From sequence record NC_042116.1: a stretch of DNA of 64,000 nucleotides; one strand, given 5' to 3'. Below are positions 9,654 to 22,736 of this stretch, piece by piece. Both the position numbers and the translations under genes were made by a program. Under the pieces are notes generated by a model, which was not told the origin of the DNA, did not search any database, and saw only the letters and a program-made list of their open reading frames with translations. The number at the start of each line of letters is the position of its first letter. Positions within the stretch are counted from its first letter, which is position 1.

Positions 9654-10202
9654 TTAGACTAGTACTGGTAGTGCAGCAAATACTTTAATTGCTACGCCAG
9701 CAGCTAGTGCAGCAGAACCATCTTTTTTCTGGAATACACCAGCTTGTGCTAGATTAGTAGCGATTTCAACAGTAGGATCAACTGTTAGTGCATAAGTAGC
9801 ACCTGGTTTATTAACTTGTTTAGTTAGAACATCTTGACGTTCAACGATGAAAGTAATACCAAATGAAGCAGCAGCAAGAGTACCAGCAGAACCGTAAGCG
9901 ATAACGTTTCCACCAACAGTTCCGAAACCGGAAGCAGTAGGGTCGATTGTATTAGAAAGTACAGAAGTAGTTACTAATACTGCACGTTGTGCTAAAGCTT
10001 GTGCTATAATAAATTGGTTTTTTTCAGCAGCAGATAGTGCAGTTTGAGCAGCATCAGTACCATCTTGTGGAACTGCGGTAACTCCAATTTCTACATCTGC
10101 TGGTAGAGTAATTACAACAGTTGCAAAACCGTTATTACCACCCCAATATTCGCGACTATGTTCTGACATGCCATAGTTACGGTCAAAAGAATTAAGACTC
10201 AT
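9654..10202 (-). CDS. Putative virion structural protein (start revised to ATG 10202)
   Basis: AGGAG SD before 10202; Ala-rich; paralogous to 8981..9637. Confidence 0.55.
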   Translation of the reverse strand: MSLNSFDRNYGMSEHSREYWGGNNGFATVVITLPADVEIGVTAVPQDGTDAAQTALSAAEKNQFIIAQALAQRAVLVTTSVLSNTIDPTASGFGTVGGNVIAYGSAGTLAAASFGITFIVERQDVLTKQVNKPGATYALTVDPTVEIATNLAQAGVFQKKDGSAALAAGVAIKVFAALPVLV

Positions 10203-10322
10203 AAAAAATCTCCTTTGTCTAATTTGGTGCAGGTACTTATTGACCTGCTTAATGTTATTTATCAAATCTTTTGCGTTGATATTAATTACGCAATAAAACT
10301 TATCAAAATTCTTATATGCAAA

Positions 10323-10330
10323 TATTTATT
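10323..10330 (-). promoter_or_regulatory. Late-type promoter AATAAATA for minus-strand structural pair
   Basis: Reverse complement of tatttatt, divergent from the promoter at 10338. Confidence 0.45.
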
Positions 10331-10337
10331 TCTTTAA

Positions 10338-10366
10338 TGAAACCAACCCCAAAAATGTGGTATAAT
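10338..10366 (+). promoter_or_regulatory. TGRAAY-N17-TATAAT promoter
   Basis: tgaaac 10338-10343, spacer ending tgg, tataat 10361-10366. Confidence 0.75.
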
Positions 10367-10369
10367 TGA

Positions 10370-11382
<1,013 letters not shown>

Positions 11383-11383
<1 letters not shown>

Positions 11384-11883
11384 TGGCTATTTTAAAAATA
11401 TTAACTGACTATTCATTTATCGTAGAGACTGTATCTGGTGAAAAGATTGGAATATTGGTCAATTATGATGAAGGAACTACTGAACGTACTGGAATTGAAT
11501 TTTTTAATGCAGATGGTTCATTTAAACTTGATAGTATATCACAATTGCAGGATTTATTAGGTGAAGAATTCACTTATGCGGAAATAGAAGTAACTGATTC
11601 GACAAATACTTCAAAATCATTGGGTGATTATCCAATAAATGATACTGATACCATTACTGATATATTATATGATGATCCATTGGGTATTGGAACTTTTAAA
11701 AAGAGTTCACGTTCTAAAAAACGATTTTATCCAGGTTGGTGGTTAGTTCGTAGTGAAAATGGAACATATTTGCCTAGATTAACCATTAGTGTAGACATTT
11801 ATAATGAAAGAAATAATACCGAAGCATTATATGGTCCATTTAAAACATATATGGATGTAACTTACACATTAAAACAGTTATAA
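11383..11883 (+). CDS. Hypothetical protein
   Basis: ORF overlapping rnh stop; no motif recognised. Confidence 0.65.
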
Positions 11884-11926
11884 CGTTCATCAAGTACTAC
11901 ATTGTAGTACTTTTTAAGGAAGATGT

Positions 11927-12484
11927 ATGAATAACATGATGGAATATATAAAATGTAAAAATAGTATTTTTTATTTTATAGAAATTTATCTAAAACTAGA
12001 GCTTAGGGATTATCAAATTAAACAGATAATCAACTATATAGAAATGGAACAAGATGAAATACTGAATATTACAGGAAATAGAGGTTCAGGAGTAACATTA
12101 ATAAATTGTGTTTTCCTTTTATGGAATGTATTGTTTGGTATGAATGAAAAACATATAATGATATTAAATAAACAAGCCCTAATTTTTTATTCATTGGACA
12201 GCATATTTAAATTATATTCAATAGTAAAGTCTAATTGGCCTAATGGACAACATATAAATGAAATATCACGTAACAATAGACATATCATATCATTTAATAA
12301 TAACTGTGATATACAAGTTGGTGATTTAACTATGTTACATCAGATAAGGTCTGGATTATCGAATTATATTATATTTGATGATGTTGATATATCAAATCTA
12401 TCAATAAAAACATTAAATTTATACAATAAAAAATATATAGTAACTGATACTTATGATGATAATGATTATCTATTAGACGTATGA
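11927..12484 (+). CDS. Truncated, degenerate terminase-ATPase paralogue
   Basis: Colinear with the N-terminal third of the adjacent terminase (CKNSIFYFIE vs [10 protein letters not shown]; RDYQ vs FQYQ; GNRGSGVT vs ARQMGKT; IIFDD vs LYLDE); no nuclease domain. Confidence 0.7.
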   Translation: MNNMMEYIKCKNSIFYFIEIYLKLELRDYQIKQIINYIEMEQDEILNITGNRGSGVTLINCVFLLWNVLFGMNEKHIMILNKQALIFYSLDSIFKLYSIVKSNWPNGQHINEISRNNRHIISFNNNCDIQVGDLTMLHQIRSGLSNYIIFDDVDISNLSIKTLNLYNKKYIVTDTYDDNDYLLDV

Positions 12485-12544
12485 GTATAATTTGAACTTA
12501 AAAATGAAATATATAAAAGCTAAATAGTCTAGAAACCATATTAA

Positions 12545-15536
<2,992 letters not shown>

Positions 15537-15550
15537 GTCTCCTTTACTCA

Positions 15551-15558
15551 TATAAATA
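15551..15558 (+). promoter_or_regulatory. Late promoter TATAAATA upstream of ssb
   Basis: Exact consensus. Confidence 0.5.
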
Positions 15559-15560
15559 AA

Positions 15561-15589
15561 TGGAACATTATATTAAAATATGGTATAAT
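15561..15589 (+). promoter_or_regulatory. TGRAAY-N17-TATAAT promoter (ssb P1)
   Basis: tggaac 15561-15566, tataat 15584-15589. Confidence 0.75.
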
Positions 15590-15648
15590 GTTAACAATTC
15601 GATAGCATTACATGTGTTATCAAATACGTCAGTCATGACGAAAAAATA

Positions 15649-15677
15649 TGAAACGTATCATGAAATTGTGGTATAAT
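15649..15677 (+). promoter_or_regulatory. TGRAAY-N17-TATAAT promoter (ssb P2)
   Basis: tgaaac 15649-15654, tataat 15672-15677. Confidence 0.75.
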
Positions 15678-15758
15678 ATGAGTGTCAGAAGCAGGAAGCT
15701 ACTGACACAATAAGCAAATAAACTAAGTAACAAAGAAACAAATGATAAGGAAATCAAA

Positions 15759-16811
15759 ATGGCAACATTAGCAGAAATTCGTGCTTTATTAAAAGCAGAA
15801 CAAGACAAAGCAGAAGCAATCAAAAGTGGTACATTCTCAGGTGGTAATGGTCAACCGGATGCGTTTTTGGCATTCTGGAACATTCCAGAGAATCAAGATC
15901 TAAATCTACGTTTTCTACCAGATTTAGATATTAATAACCCTTACTTTTGGCGTGAACGTGAGATGATTAATCTTGAGTTCAACGGAATTGTTGGTGGTCA
16001 CACCGATAAAGTTAAGTTACAAGTACCTTGTAATGAAATGTGGGTTCCTAACTCTTGTCCTATTCTAGCTGAAATTCGTCAGTGGTATAAAGCTGCAAAC
16101 GAAACAGGTAACGAAGATCTAAAGAAACAAGCATCTAAGTACTGGAAAAAGAAATCTTATCTATTCCAATGTTTAGTTGCACCAGGTTCTGTTGAAGTGA
16201 AAGACGACAATGCACCTGAAAATCCAATCCGTCGCGTTCTAGTGAACAAAGATTTGTTTGAAAAGATCAAATCAATTCTAATGAATCCAGACGTTGCTGA
16301 ACTTCCAACTCATTATGATCATGGGCGTGACTTCCGTGTAATTAAGAGTAAAAATGCTGGTGGTTATAACAACTACGATGCATCACAGTTCAAATTCTCT
16401 GAGCGTCCACTAAATGGTGATGAACTTGCTGCGATTGAACAGTATGGCTTATTTGATCTAAGTGAATTTATGCCAAAACAACCAACACCAGAAGAATTAA
16501 ATGCAATCCGTGAGATGTTTGAAGCATCTGCAAATGGTGAAGCATATGATCCTGCACGTTGGGCTGCTTATTATCGTCCAGCGGGTGTTCAAAAACCAGC
16601 AAATACTGGTTCATCTAATACTGCTGAAAGCACAACTACATCAGCTAAACCTACACAAACTGTAACTGCTCCAGTACAAACTACTGTAACAGAAACTGTT
16701 GTTGCTCAAGAAGCACCAGTTCAAGAGGCTGTAACAACAGCACCAACTGAGAGTAAGCAAAAACTTTCTCCAGCAGAACTAGTAGCTAAACTAAAAGCTA
16801 AAGGTGGCTAA
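15759..16811 (+). CDS. gp32: Single-stranded DNA-binding protein (T4 gp32-like)
   Basis: LRFLPD, CPILAEI, KYWKKKSY, GRDFRVIK, YNNYDASQF patterns; low-complexity Thr/Ala/Glu C-terminal region. Confidence 0.88.
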   Translation: MATLAEIRALLKAEQDKAEAIKSGTFSGGNGQPDAFLAFWNIPENQDLNLRFLPDLDINNPYFWREREMINLEFNGIVGGHTDKVKLQVPCNEMWVPNSCPILAEIRQWYKAANETGNEDLKKQASKYWKKKSYLFQCLVAPGSVEVKDDNAPENPIRRVLVNKDLFEKIKSILMNPDVAELPTHYDHGRDFRVIKSKNAGGYNNYDASQFKFSERPLNGDELAAIEQYGLFDLSEFMPKQPTPEELNAIREMFEASANGEAYDPARWAAYYRPAGVQKPANTGSSNTAESTTTSAKPTQTVTAPVQTTVTETVVAQEAPVQEAVTTAPTESKQKLSPAELVAKLKAKGG

Positions 16812-16830
16812 TTAAAGTTGTAAAAAGAAT

Positions 16831-16860
16831 AATGGGGCTAAGGAACAGCCCCATTTCATT
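16831..16860 (+). terminator. Intrinsic terminator after ssb
   Basis: aatggggct-aaggaac-agccccatt followed by T-rich tail. Confidence 0.65.
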
Positions 16861-16875
16861 TCATGGAGAGATTAT

Positions 16876-18012
16876 ATGAAAAATATTTCTGCGGCATTCA
16901 GCAGCATTATAAAAAATAGTACAGCATCAGTAAAGAAAAATTCTGGTGTAAGTATGGGATTTCATGATCCAGACACTTGGATTAGTACTGGAAATCTAGC
17001 ATTGAACTATCGCATCAGTGGTGATTTTAACAAAGGCATTCCCCTTGGTAAAGTAACTATGTTCGCTGGTGAATCTGGTTCAGGTAAATCATTCATCGTA
17101 TCTGGTAACATTATTCGCGAAGCACAGAAACAAGGTATCTATGTAGTCTTGATTGACTCTGAAAATGCTCTTGATTCAGATTGGCTAGCCGCTCTTGGTG
17201 TAGATACATCTGATGAAAAATTACTTAAAATGAATATGGGTATGATTGGCGATGTTGCTAAATTTACTTATGAATTCATTGAAGGTTATAGAAAAGAATA
17301 TGAAAATGTACCACGTGAAGAACGTCAGAAAGTACTATTTGTTATAGATAGTATTGGTATGTTGAATACTGAAATTGCAAATGCACAGATGAAAGATGGT
17401 AATCTTAAAGGTGATATGGGTCATAAGCCTAAACAACTTAAAGCATTCATTACTAATTGTGTTAACAGTATCGGTGCATTAAATATGGGTATGGTTTGTG
17501 TAAATCACTCATATGAAAGCCAAGACATGTTCAGTCCAGACCCTAAAATAAGTGGTGGTTCTGGTTTAGTTTATGCTAGTAGTATTGTAGTTGCTATGGG
17601 TAAACTTAAATTAAAAGAAGATGAAGATGGTAACAAAACAACTGATGTAAATGGTATTCGTGCTAAATGTAAAGTTATGAAGACACGTTATAATAAACCA
17701 TTTGAAGACGTTGAAATAAAAATTCCTTGGAATGAAGGTATGAATCCACGAAGTGGATTACTTGATATGTTTGAAAAATATGGTTTGATTACTAAATCAG
17801 GAAATCGACTACTTTATGTAGATATTGATACTGGTGAACAAATATTGCAATATCGCAAAGATTGGGTATTGAATACTAATTCCTGTTTAGATTTAGTAAT
17901 GGGACAATTTAAACGTCATCCATTAATTTCACATGTCACTGAAGAAGAAAAAGGTGATGAAGAATTTGGTACTGATGTTGATTTACCAACTGATGAGGTT
18001 AATGAGGGTTAA
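16876..18012 (+). CDS. uvsX: RecA-like recombinase UvsX
   Basis: Walker A GESGSGKS, LIDSENALD, VIDSIG, SGGSGLVYASS. Confidence 0.95.
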   Translation: MKNISAAFSSIIKNSTASVKKNSGVSMGFHDPDTWISTGNLALNYRISGDFNKGIPLGKVTMFAGESGSGKSFIVSGNIIREAQKQGIYVVLIDSENALDSDWLAALGVDTSDEKLLKMNMGMIGDVAKFTYEFIEGYRKEYENVPREERQKVLFVIDSIGMLNTEIANAQMKDGNLKGDMGHKPKQLKAFITNCVNSIGALNMGMVCVNHSYESQDMFSPDPKISGGSGLVYASSIVVAMGKLKLKEDEDGNKTTDVNGIRAKCKVMKTRYNKPFEDVEIKIPWNEGMNPRSGLLDMFEKYGLITKSGNRLLYVDIDTGEQILQYRKDWVLNTNSCLDLVMGQFKRHPLISHVTEEEKGDEEFGTDVDLPTDEVNEG

Positions 18013-18014
18013 TT

Positions 18015-18479
18015 ATGGCAAAGGCATGGCATTGGATTATAAAAGACGATAAAACAAAAATCATAGATATGGTTGAGTTTTTTGAAAATGAGCTAGAAGA
18101 TGCAAGACGTGAAATTAAACAAATTGGTCTTATTGAAACTATAGCTCAACGATTGCCAGCCTACCATGAACAGCGATTCAGCCAACTTCAACAAGTAGAA
18201 ACAGTTCTCGAAATTTTAGAAATTGAAATGAGACAGCTTGAATCTGAAAAGTTTAAACATTTATTAGAACATTACAAACGTGCTCTAACAAGTTCAGACT
18301 GTAAGAAATATGTTGATGGCGATCCAGAAGTGGTAGCGTTGTCACAATTGATAGCTGATGTTTCATATATTAGGAATCAGTTGGCAGGTGTTGTGAAATC
18401 ACTAGAAATGAAAGCATTCCAGATTAATAATATAGTACGTTTACGTGCTGCTGGGATTGAAGATGCAAGAATAGATTAA
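18015..18479 (+). CDS. uvsY: Recombination mediator UvsY-like protein
   Basis: Helical 154 aa with YVDGDPEV and K(A)FQINNIVRLR motifs, directly after uvsX. Confidence 0.75.
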   Translation: MAKAWHWIIKDDKTKIIDMVEFFENELEDARREIKQIGLIETIAQRLPAYHEQRFSQLQQVETVLEILEIEMRQLESEKFKHLLEHYKRALTSSDCKKYVDGDPEVVALSQLIADVSYIRNQLAGVVKSLEMKAFQINNIVRLRAAGIEDARID

Positions 18480-18482
18480 TTT

Positions 18483-18510
18483 AAGGACGCTAATAGCGTC
18501 CTTTTTGTTT
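18483..18510 (+). terminator. Intrinsic terminator (AAGGACGC family)
   Basis: aaggacgct-aat-agcgtcctt plus T-run. Confidence 0.75.
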
Positions 18511-18523
18511 TTTGAGAGAATAT

Positions 18524-19363
18524 ATGACAGAACTTGATAAATTTTTTAATAATGTTATGGTTCTAGACACTGAAACTACTGGTGTTGATGATGAATCTGA
18601 TATTATTGAGTTTAGTAGCTCATTTCCAGAAGGAAGTAATGATTCTTTTGATGGAATGATGAATTTTACTACTAGATTCAAACCAACACATGATGTTCCA
18701 CCTGATGCGTCAGCAGTACATTTTATTACAACTGAAGATTTGATAAATGAACAGACCTATTCAGTTGGACATTATGATTTTTACCCATTATTCAAACTAA
18801 AACAGTACTTTGTAGGACATAATGTGCAGTTTGATCGAAGAATGCTTCGTAAAAATCATGAACGTATGTTTGATGACGAATTTCCAGAATTTGAGGATGA
18901 CAATAGTTGGATTTGTACGTTAAAATTAGCTAAAAAATTATTTGCAGAAGACCCTGAGTTTAAAAACTTAACTTTAAGCTATTTGTGGTTCAAATTTGAG
19001 TTGTATAAAACATGTACACGTAAAATTGTACCACATAGTGCTGAAGATGATGTATATATGTGTTATAAAGTACTTTCTCATTTAGTAAATATTGCTATTG
19101 AACGTGGGTTGGTTGATACCAATAAGGAAATTGGACGACAACTGGTTAAATTATGCAATACTCCAACTTTATTCACCGTAATGACTATTGGTAAGCATAA
19201 AGGTATGTTACTTGATGAAGTACCAATGAATTATTTAAAATGGATGATTTTGAACATGGATATTGTAAATCCAGACATGCCTAACTATGATGCTGACTTA
19301 GCATATACAGTTGAAGTCGAGATTACTCGTCGCATTGATGCTGGATTGGTGGATTTTAGTTAA
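18524..19363 (+). CDS. DEDDh 3'-5' exonuclease (ExoX/DnaQ-like) with C-terminal DUF3820-like motif
   Basis: VLDTETTG, VGHNVQFD, HSAEDD; C-terminal MTIGKHKG...VPMNYLKWM. Confidence 0.9.
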   Translation: MTELDKFFNNVMVLDTETTGVDDESDIIEFSSSFPEGSNDSFDGMMNFTTRFKPTHDVPPDASAVHFITTEDLINEQTYSVGHYDFYPLFKLKQYFVGHNVQFDRRMLRKNHERMFDDEFPEFEDDNSWICTLKLAKKLFAEDPEFKNLTLSYLWFKFELYKTCTRKIVPHSAEDDVYMCYKVLSHLVNIAIERGLVDTNKEIGRQLVKLCNTPTLFTVMTIGKHKGMLLDEVPMNYLKWMILNMDIVNPDMPNYDADLAYTVEVEITRRIDAGLVDFS

Positions 19364-19395
19364 ACCACATTAAACATAAAAAAAAGGACTCAAGG

Positions 19396-20880
19396 ATGAG
19401 TGGAATTTGTAAGTTAATACTTCAGGATGAAGTAAATTGTAAATTTGAGGGACTTGCCCCTAATATTAGGCAAGAAATGATTCGTAAAGTATCATTTGTA
19501 TTACCTTATGCTAAATTTACTCCTGCTGGAAAAATGGGCAGATGGGACGGTAAAGTTAATTTTATGAATATAGGTGGAAGCACTTATTATCATATGTTAG
19601 ATCAACTTTTACCAATTCTTGAAAAGCATAATATAATGATTGAAATTGATGATCAACGTATTACACATGATTTTGAGTTTGAGCCAATTGATGAAAATAT
19701 TTTTGATTATGTAGAATTCCCTTCTGGACATCATATGGAAGGACAAAAAATTATTTTACGTGAACATCAAGTAAATGCAGTAAATTCATGTCTTGAAAAT
19801 AGACATGGACTGCTATTAGCAAGTACAAGTTCAGGTAAAACATTAATTACTGCTGCAATGTCTAAAAGTGTTGAAAAATATGGTAGAAGTATTGTAATTG
19901 TTCCTAATAAAGATTTAGTACAACAAACTTACAATGATTATGTAATGGTCGGTTTAGATGCGGGTGTATTTTATGGTGATAAAAAAGAATTAAACCATCA
20001 ACATACTATCACCACATGGCAATCGTTAAACTCTTTATGGAAAAAAACAAAAAAAGGTGAAATTGCATTAACTGAACAAGATATTAGTGATTTTATCAAT
20101 GGTGTAGTTGCTGTTGTAGTTGATGAAGCACATACTAGTGCGGCAGAAGCCTTACATGCAGTACTAGGACAAGTAATGAAAAATATTCCATTACGTTGGG
20201 GATTAACTGGTACTATTCCTAAAGATCCAGTACTTGCAGCGAAAATAAAATGTAATGTTGGTGAAATTATATATACTATATCAGCAAAAGAGTTGCAAGA
20301 TAAACAAATTCTTAGTACTTGTAATGTAAATTGCATTAGATTGAAAAGCTCTTTAAAATTTGGTAATTATCAAGAAGAATTAAAATATCTAGTAACTGAC
20401 AAAACTAGAATGAAGTATATTGCATCAATAATTGCAGCTATTGCAGAATCTGGTAATACCTTAGTATTAGTTGATAGATTGGAAGCTGGTGAGTTATTGT
20501 GTGAATTCTTAGGTCTACCAACATCAGAATTCGTTAGAGGTGACACTAAGAAGAAAGATCGTGAAGCATCATATGGTGAAATTCGCTGGGCTGATAATAA
20601 AATACTTATTGCAACATATGGTGTGGCTAGTACTGGTATTAGTATTAGTCGTTTATATAATGTAGTACTTTTAGAACCTGGTAAAAGTTTTGTAAGAACT
20701 ATTCAGAGTATAGGCCGTGGACTTCGACGTGCAGAAGACAAAGATCACGTAGAGATTTATGACATTTCAGGTTTCAATAAGTTTAGTGCTAAGCATTCTC
20801 GTGAAAGAATGACGTACTATAAAGAAGTACAATATCCATATCACGAAATGATTGTGGAAAATTGGGAAAATATGGAATGA
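19396..20880 (+). CDS. uvsW: SF2 DNA helicase UvsW
   Basis: STSSGKT, VVVDEAH, GLTGT, ATYGVASTGISI, QSIGRGLR. Confidence 0.95.
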   Translation: MSGICKLILQDEVNCKFEGLAPNIRQEMIRKVSFVLPYAKFTPAGKMGRWDGKVNFMNIGGSTYYHMLDQLLPILEKHNIMIEIDDQRITHDFEFEPIDENIFDYVEFPSGHHMEGQKIILREHQVNAVNSCLENRHGLLLASTSSGKTLITAAMSKSVEKYGRSIVIVPNKDLVQQTYNDYVMVGLDAGVFYGDKKELNHQHTITTWQSLNSLWKKTKKGEIALTEQDISDFINGVVAVVVDEAHTSAAEALHAVLGQVMKNIPLRWGLTGTIPKDPVLAAKIKCNVGEIIYTISAKELQDKQILSTCNVNCIRLKSSLKFGNYQEELKYLVTDKTRMKYIASIIAAIAESGNTLVLVDRLEAGELLCEFLGLPTSEFVRGDTKKKDREASYGEIRWADNKILIATYGVASTGISISRLYNVVLLEPGKSFVRTIQSIGRGLRRAEDKDHVEIYDISGFNKFSAKHSRERMTYYKEVQYPYHEMIVENWENME

Positions 20881-20901
20881 AAAGATTTTTTATGATATAA
20901 T
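20873..20901 (+). promoter_or_regulatory. TGRAAY-N17-TATAAT promoter
   Basis: tggaat 20873-20878, spacer ending tga, tataat 20896-20901. Confidence 0.7.
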
Positions 20902-20934
20902 ATAGACATAACAAAATAAAAAGGATATTTTGAA

Positions 20935-21375
20935 ATGGAACTTCGTTCGAGTATCGCATTCATAGGCGATTCAGAAATTATAGAAAATATTGATTCAATC
21001 ATTAATGAAGAATCAATAATCGATGACATGGTGTTTTCGATAGATTTCATTCCTGAGCTTGAAACTAACGATACATATGTTTACCGTTGTACAACTGATG
21101 GTGACTCGTGGGTTAATATCTACGATATAAAAACTAGACTTGATGACAAGCTTGGTCAAGAAGGAAAATACGACATAATTTATGCAAGTACTGATGGATC
21201 AAGTTATATTGATGTAATCAGTCACACTGGTAATTTTGATGCGTATTTAGATACTGACCTTGATAAAATTCAGGAACTGTGTGAAACTTATGGATTGGAG
21301 TTCTACGGAATCAGTGATGATGATGAAGATTATTATCAAGATGCTGATGAAGATGACAACGACAATTATTATTGA
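20935..21375 (+). CDS. Highly acidic hypothetical protein
   Basis: 40 D/E versus 7 K/R in 146 aa (manual count). Confidence 0.7.
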   Translation: MELRSSIAFIGDSEIIENIDSIINEESIIDDMVFSIDFIPELETNDTYVYRCTTDGDSWVNIYDIKTRLDDKLGQEGKYDIIYASTDGSSYIDVISHTGNFDAYLDTDLDKIQELCETYGLEFYGISDDDEDYYQDADEDDNDNYY

Positions 21376-21384
21376 GGAAAGCAC

Positions 21385-21888
21385 ATGAATATATTAACCC
21401 CTGAAAACTATGCATTTGAAATGGATCAAGTAACTGATACTATCCCTGAAGAAATGTATTGTGTATTAGACTTAAGTACTGTTGAAGATGCTGATTATTA
21501 TTTTAAACACATTTTAAATACTGTATCGTTTAATAGTATCAGTGCGGATTTACAAATTGGAAACCATGTTGTTCAAGTACCATTGGGCTGGCAAATTTTG
21601 TTAGGTGATGAAGATACTGGAATGATGGAAATGTGTACAATTGAAAATATTTTGAATATGAAAGACCCTAGAGCGTTTGTATATAACCCTATTAGGTCTA
21701 TGTATCCAAAATACGAACAGGTTAAAGTACTAAGAGTATTCACTTTAACTACTAAATGGCAGATACCAATGCTACCAAAGAAAAATCTATTAGTAGTACC
21801 ACTACATAATGGTATAAATCCACCGTGTGTGTACTTTGCTGATGAAAATGAAAAAATTCAAGATCTCTTTTTAGGAATTGGCGAATAA
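21385..21888 (+). CDS. Hypothetical beta-rich protein
   Basis: GAGG SD; QVPLGWQILLGD and YNPI motifs; function not recognised. Confidence 0.7.
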   Translation: MNILTPENYAFEMDQVTDTIPEEMYCVLDLSTVEDADYYFKHILNTVSFNSISADLQIGNHVVQVPLGWQILLGDEDTGMMEMCTIENILNMKDPRAFVYNPIRSMYPKYEQVKVLRVFTLTTKWQIPMLPKKNLLVVPLHNGINPPCVYFADENEKIQDLFLGIGE

Positions 21889-22736
21889 TGTTTGATTTTA
21901 CTGGTTTACCTACTTCCTCTTTGGAGGAAGAAGAAGTTACTACATCTCAAATCAAGTTAGATATGAATCTATTGCTTGAAAAAATTGATATGGCAGATTA
22001 TGGATATTACGATTCACTTAGTGATAAAGAAAAGAAACATTTTCAACCTTATATTGTGTTACGTTGGGCGAGTTCATTAGATGATTCCGTACAAGTAACA
22101 TATACTGCAAAAAAAATTGAAAATGTATTCAGTAAATGGTCTGCTGGCGGGAAAGATGCGTTGAATGAGTTAAAAGACGAATTCAACAATTCGGGTTCTG
22201 GTACATGTATATCAGTAGCAAAGTATGAACATGCTAAGTATGATTGGAGAATTAAATTTGCGGTTAAAGATATTGAAAGTGCAAAATCTATTATTGAATA
22301 TATGAAAGAATTTGGAATTACTGGACATGAGATTATATCATTAATTGATAGTACTACAATTAAGAATCATCTTATCATTCTTAATGAGATGGTAAATCAG
22401 AATTTTTGGGAAATGAAAAATCATCCTGAATTAGTATATCAACTTATGTGTTCAGTATCTGAGATGATTGGACCACAAAAACGTGCTCATAATTGGATAT
22501 CACATTGCAAAGGTTTAAAGAACGTTGACAAAATGATATTTGATATTATAAAATTAACCCAACCAGAAACTATTGCTGTTCAAATGAATGAAGCTGAATA
22601 TAAAATTTTATTAAATTCATACACAAAAGAAACATTTGAAGATTTAATAAAAGAATTAGGTACTGGTGAATCAGAAATGAAAACATTATTGAAACATTTC
22701 AAAGCTGAAAAAGAAAAATATGGCAAAAACAACTAA
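21888..22736 (+). CDS. Putative clamp-loader small subunit (gp62-like)
   Basis: YYDSL...PYIVLRWASS and ...HNWI motifs loosely reminiscent of T4 gp62; judged by eye. Confidence 0.4.
   Translation: MFDFTGLPTSSLEEEEVTTSQIKLDMNLLLEKIDMADYGYYDSLSDKEKKHFQPYIVLRWASSLDDSVQVTYTAKKIENVFSKWSAGGKDALNELKDEFNNSGSGTCISVAKYEHAKYDWRIKFAVKDIESAKSIIEYMKEFGITGHEIISLIDSTTIKNHLIILNEMVNQNFWEMKNHPELVYQLMCSVSEMIGPQKRAHNWISHCKGLKNVDKMIFDIIKLTQPETIAVQMNEAEYKILLNSYTKETFEDLIKELGTGESEMKTLLKHFKAEKEKYGKNN

Noticed and set aside
21385-21888. Impression of a stand-alone Hint/intein-like beta fold
   Set aside because: No catalytic N-terminal Cys/Ser or block B/G motifs; cannot be supported without a structure search.
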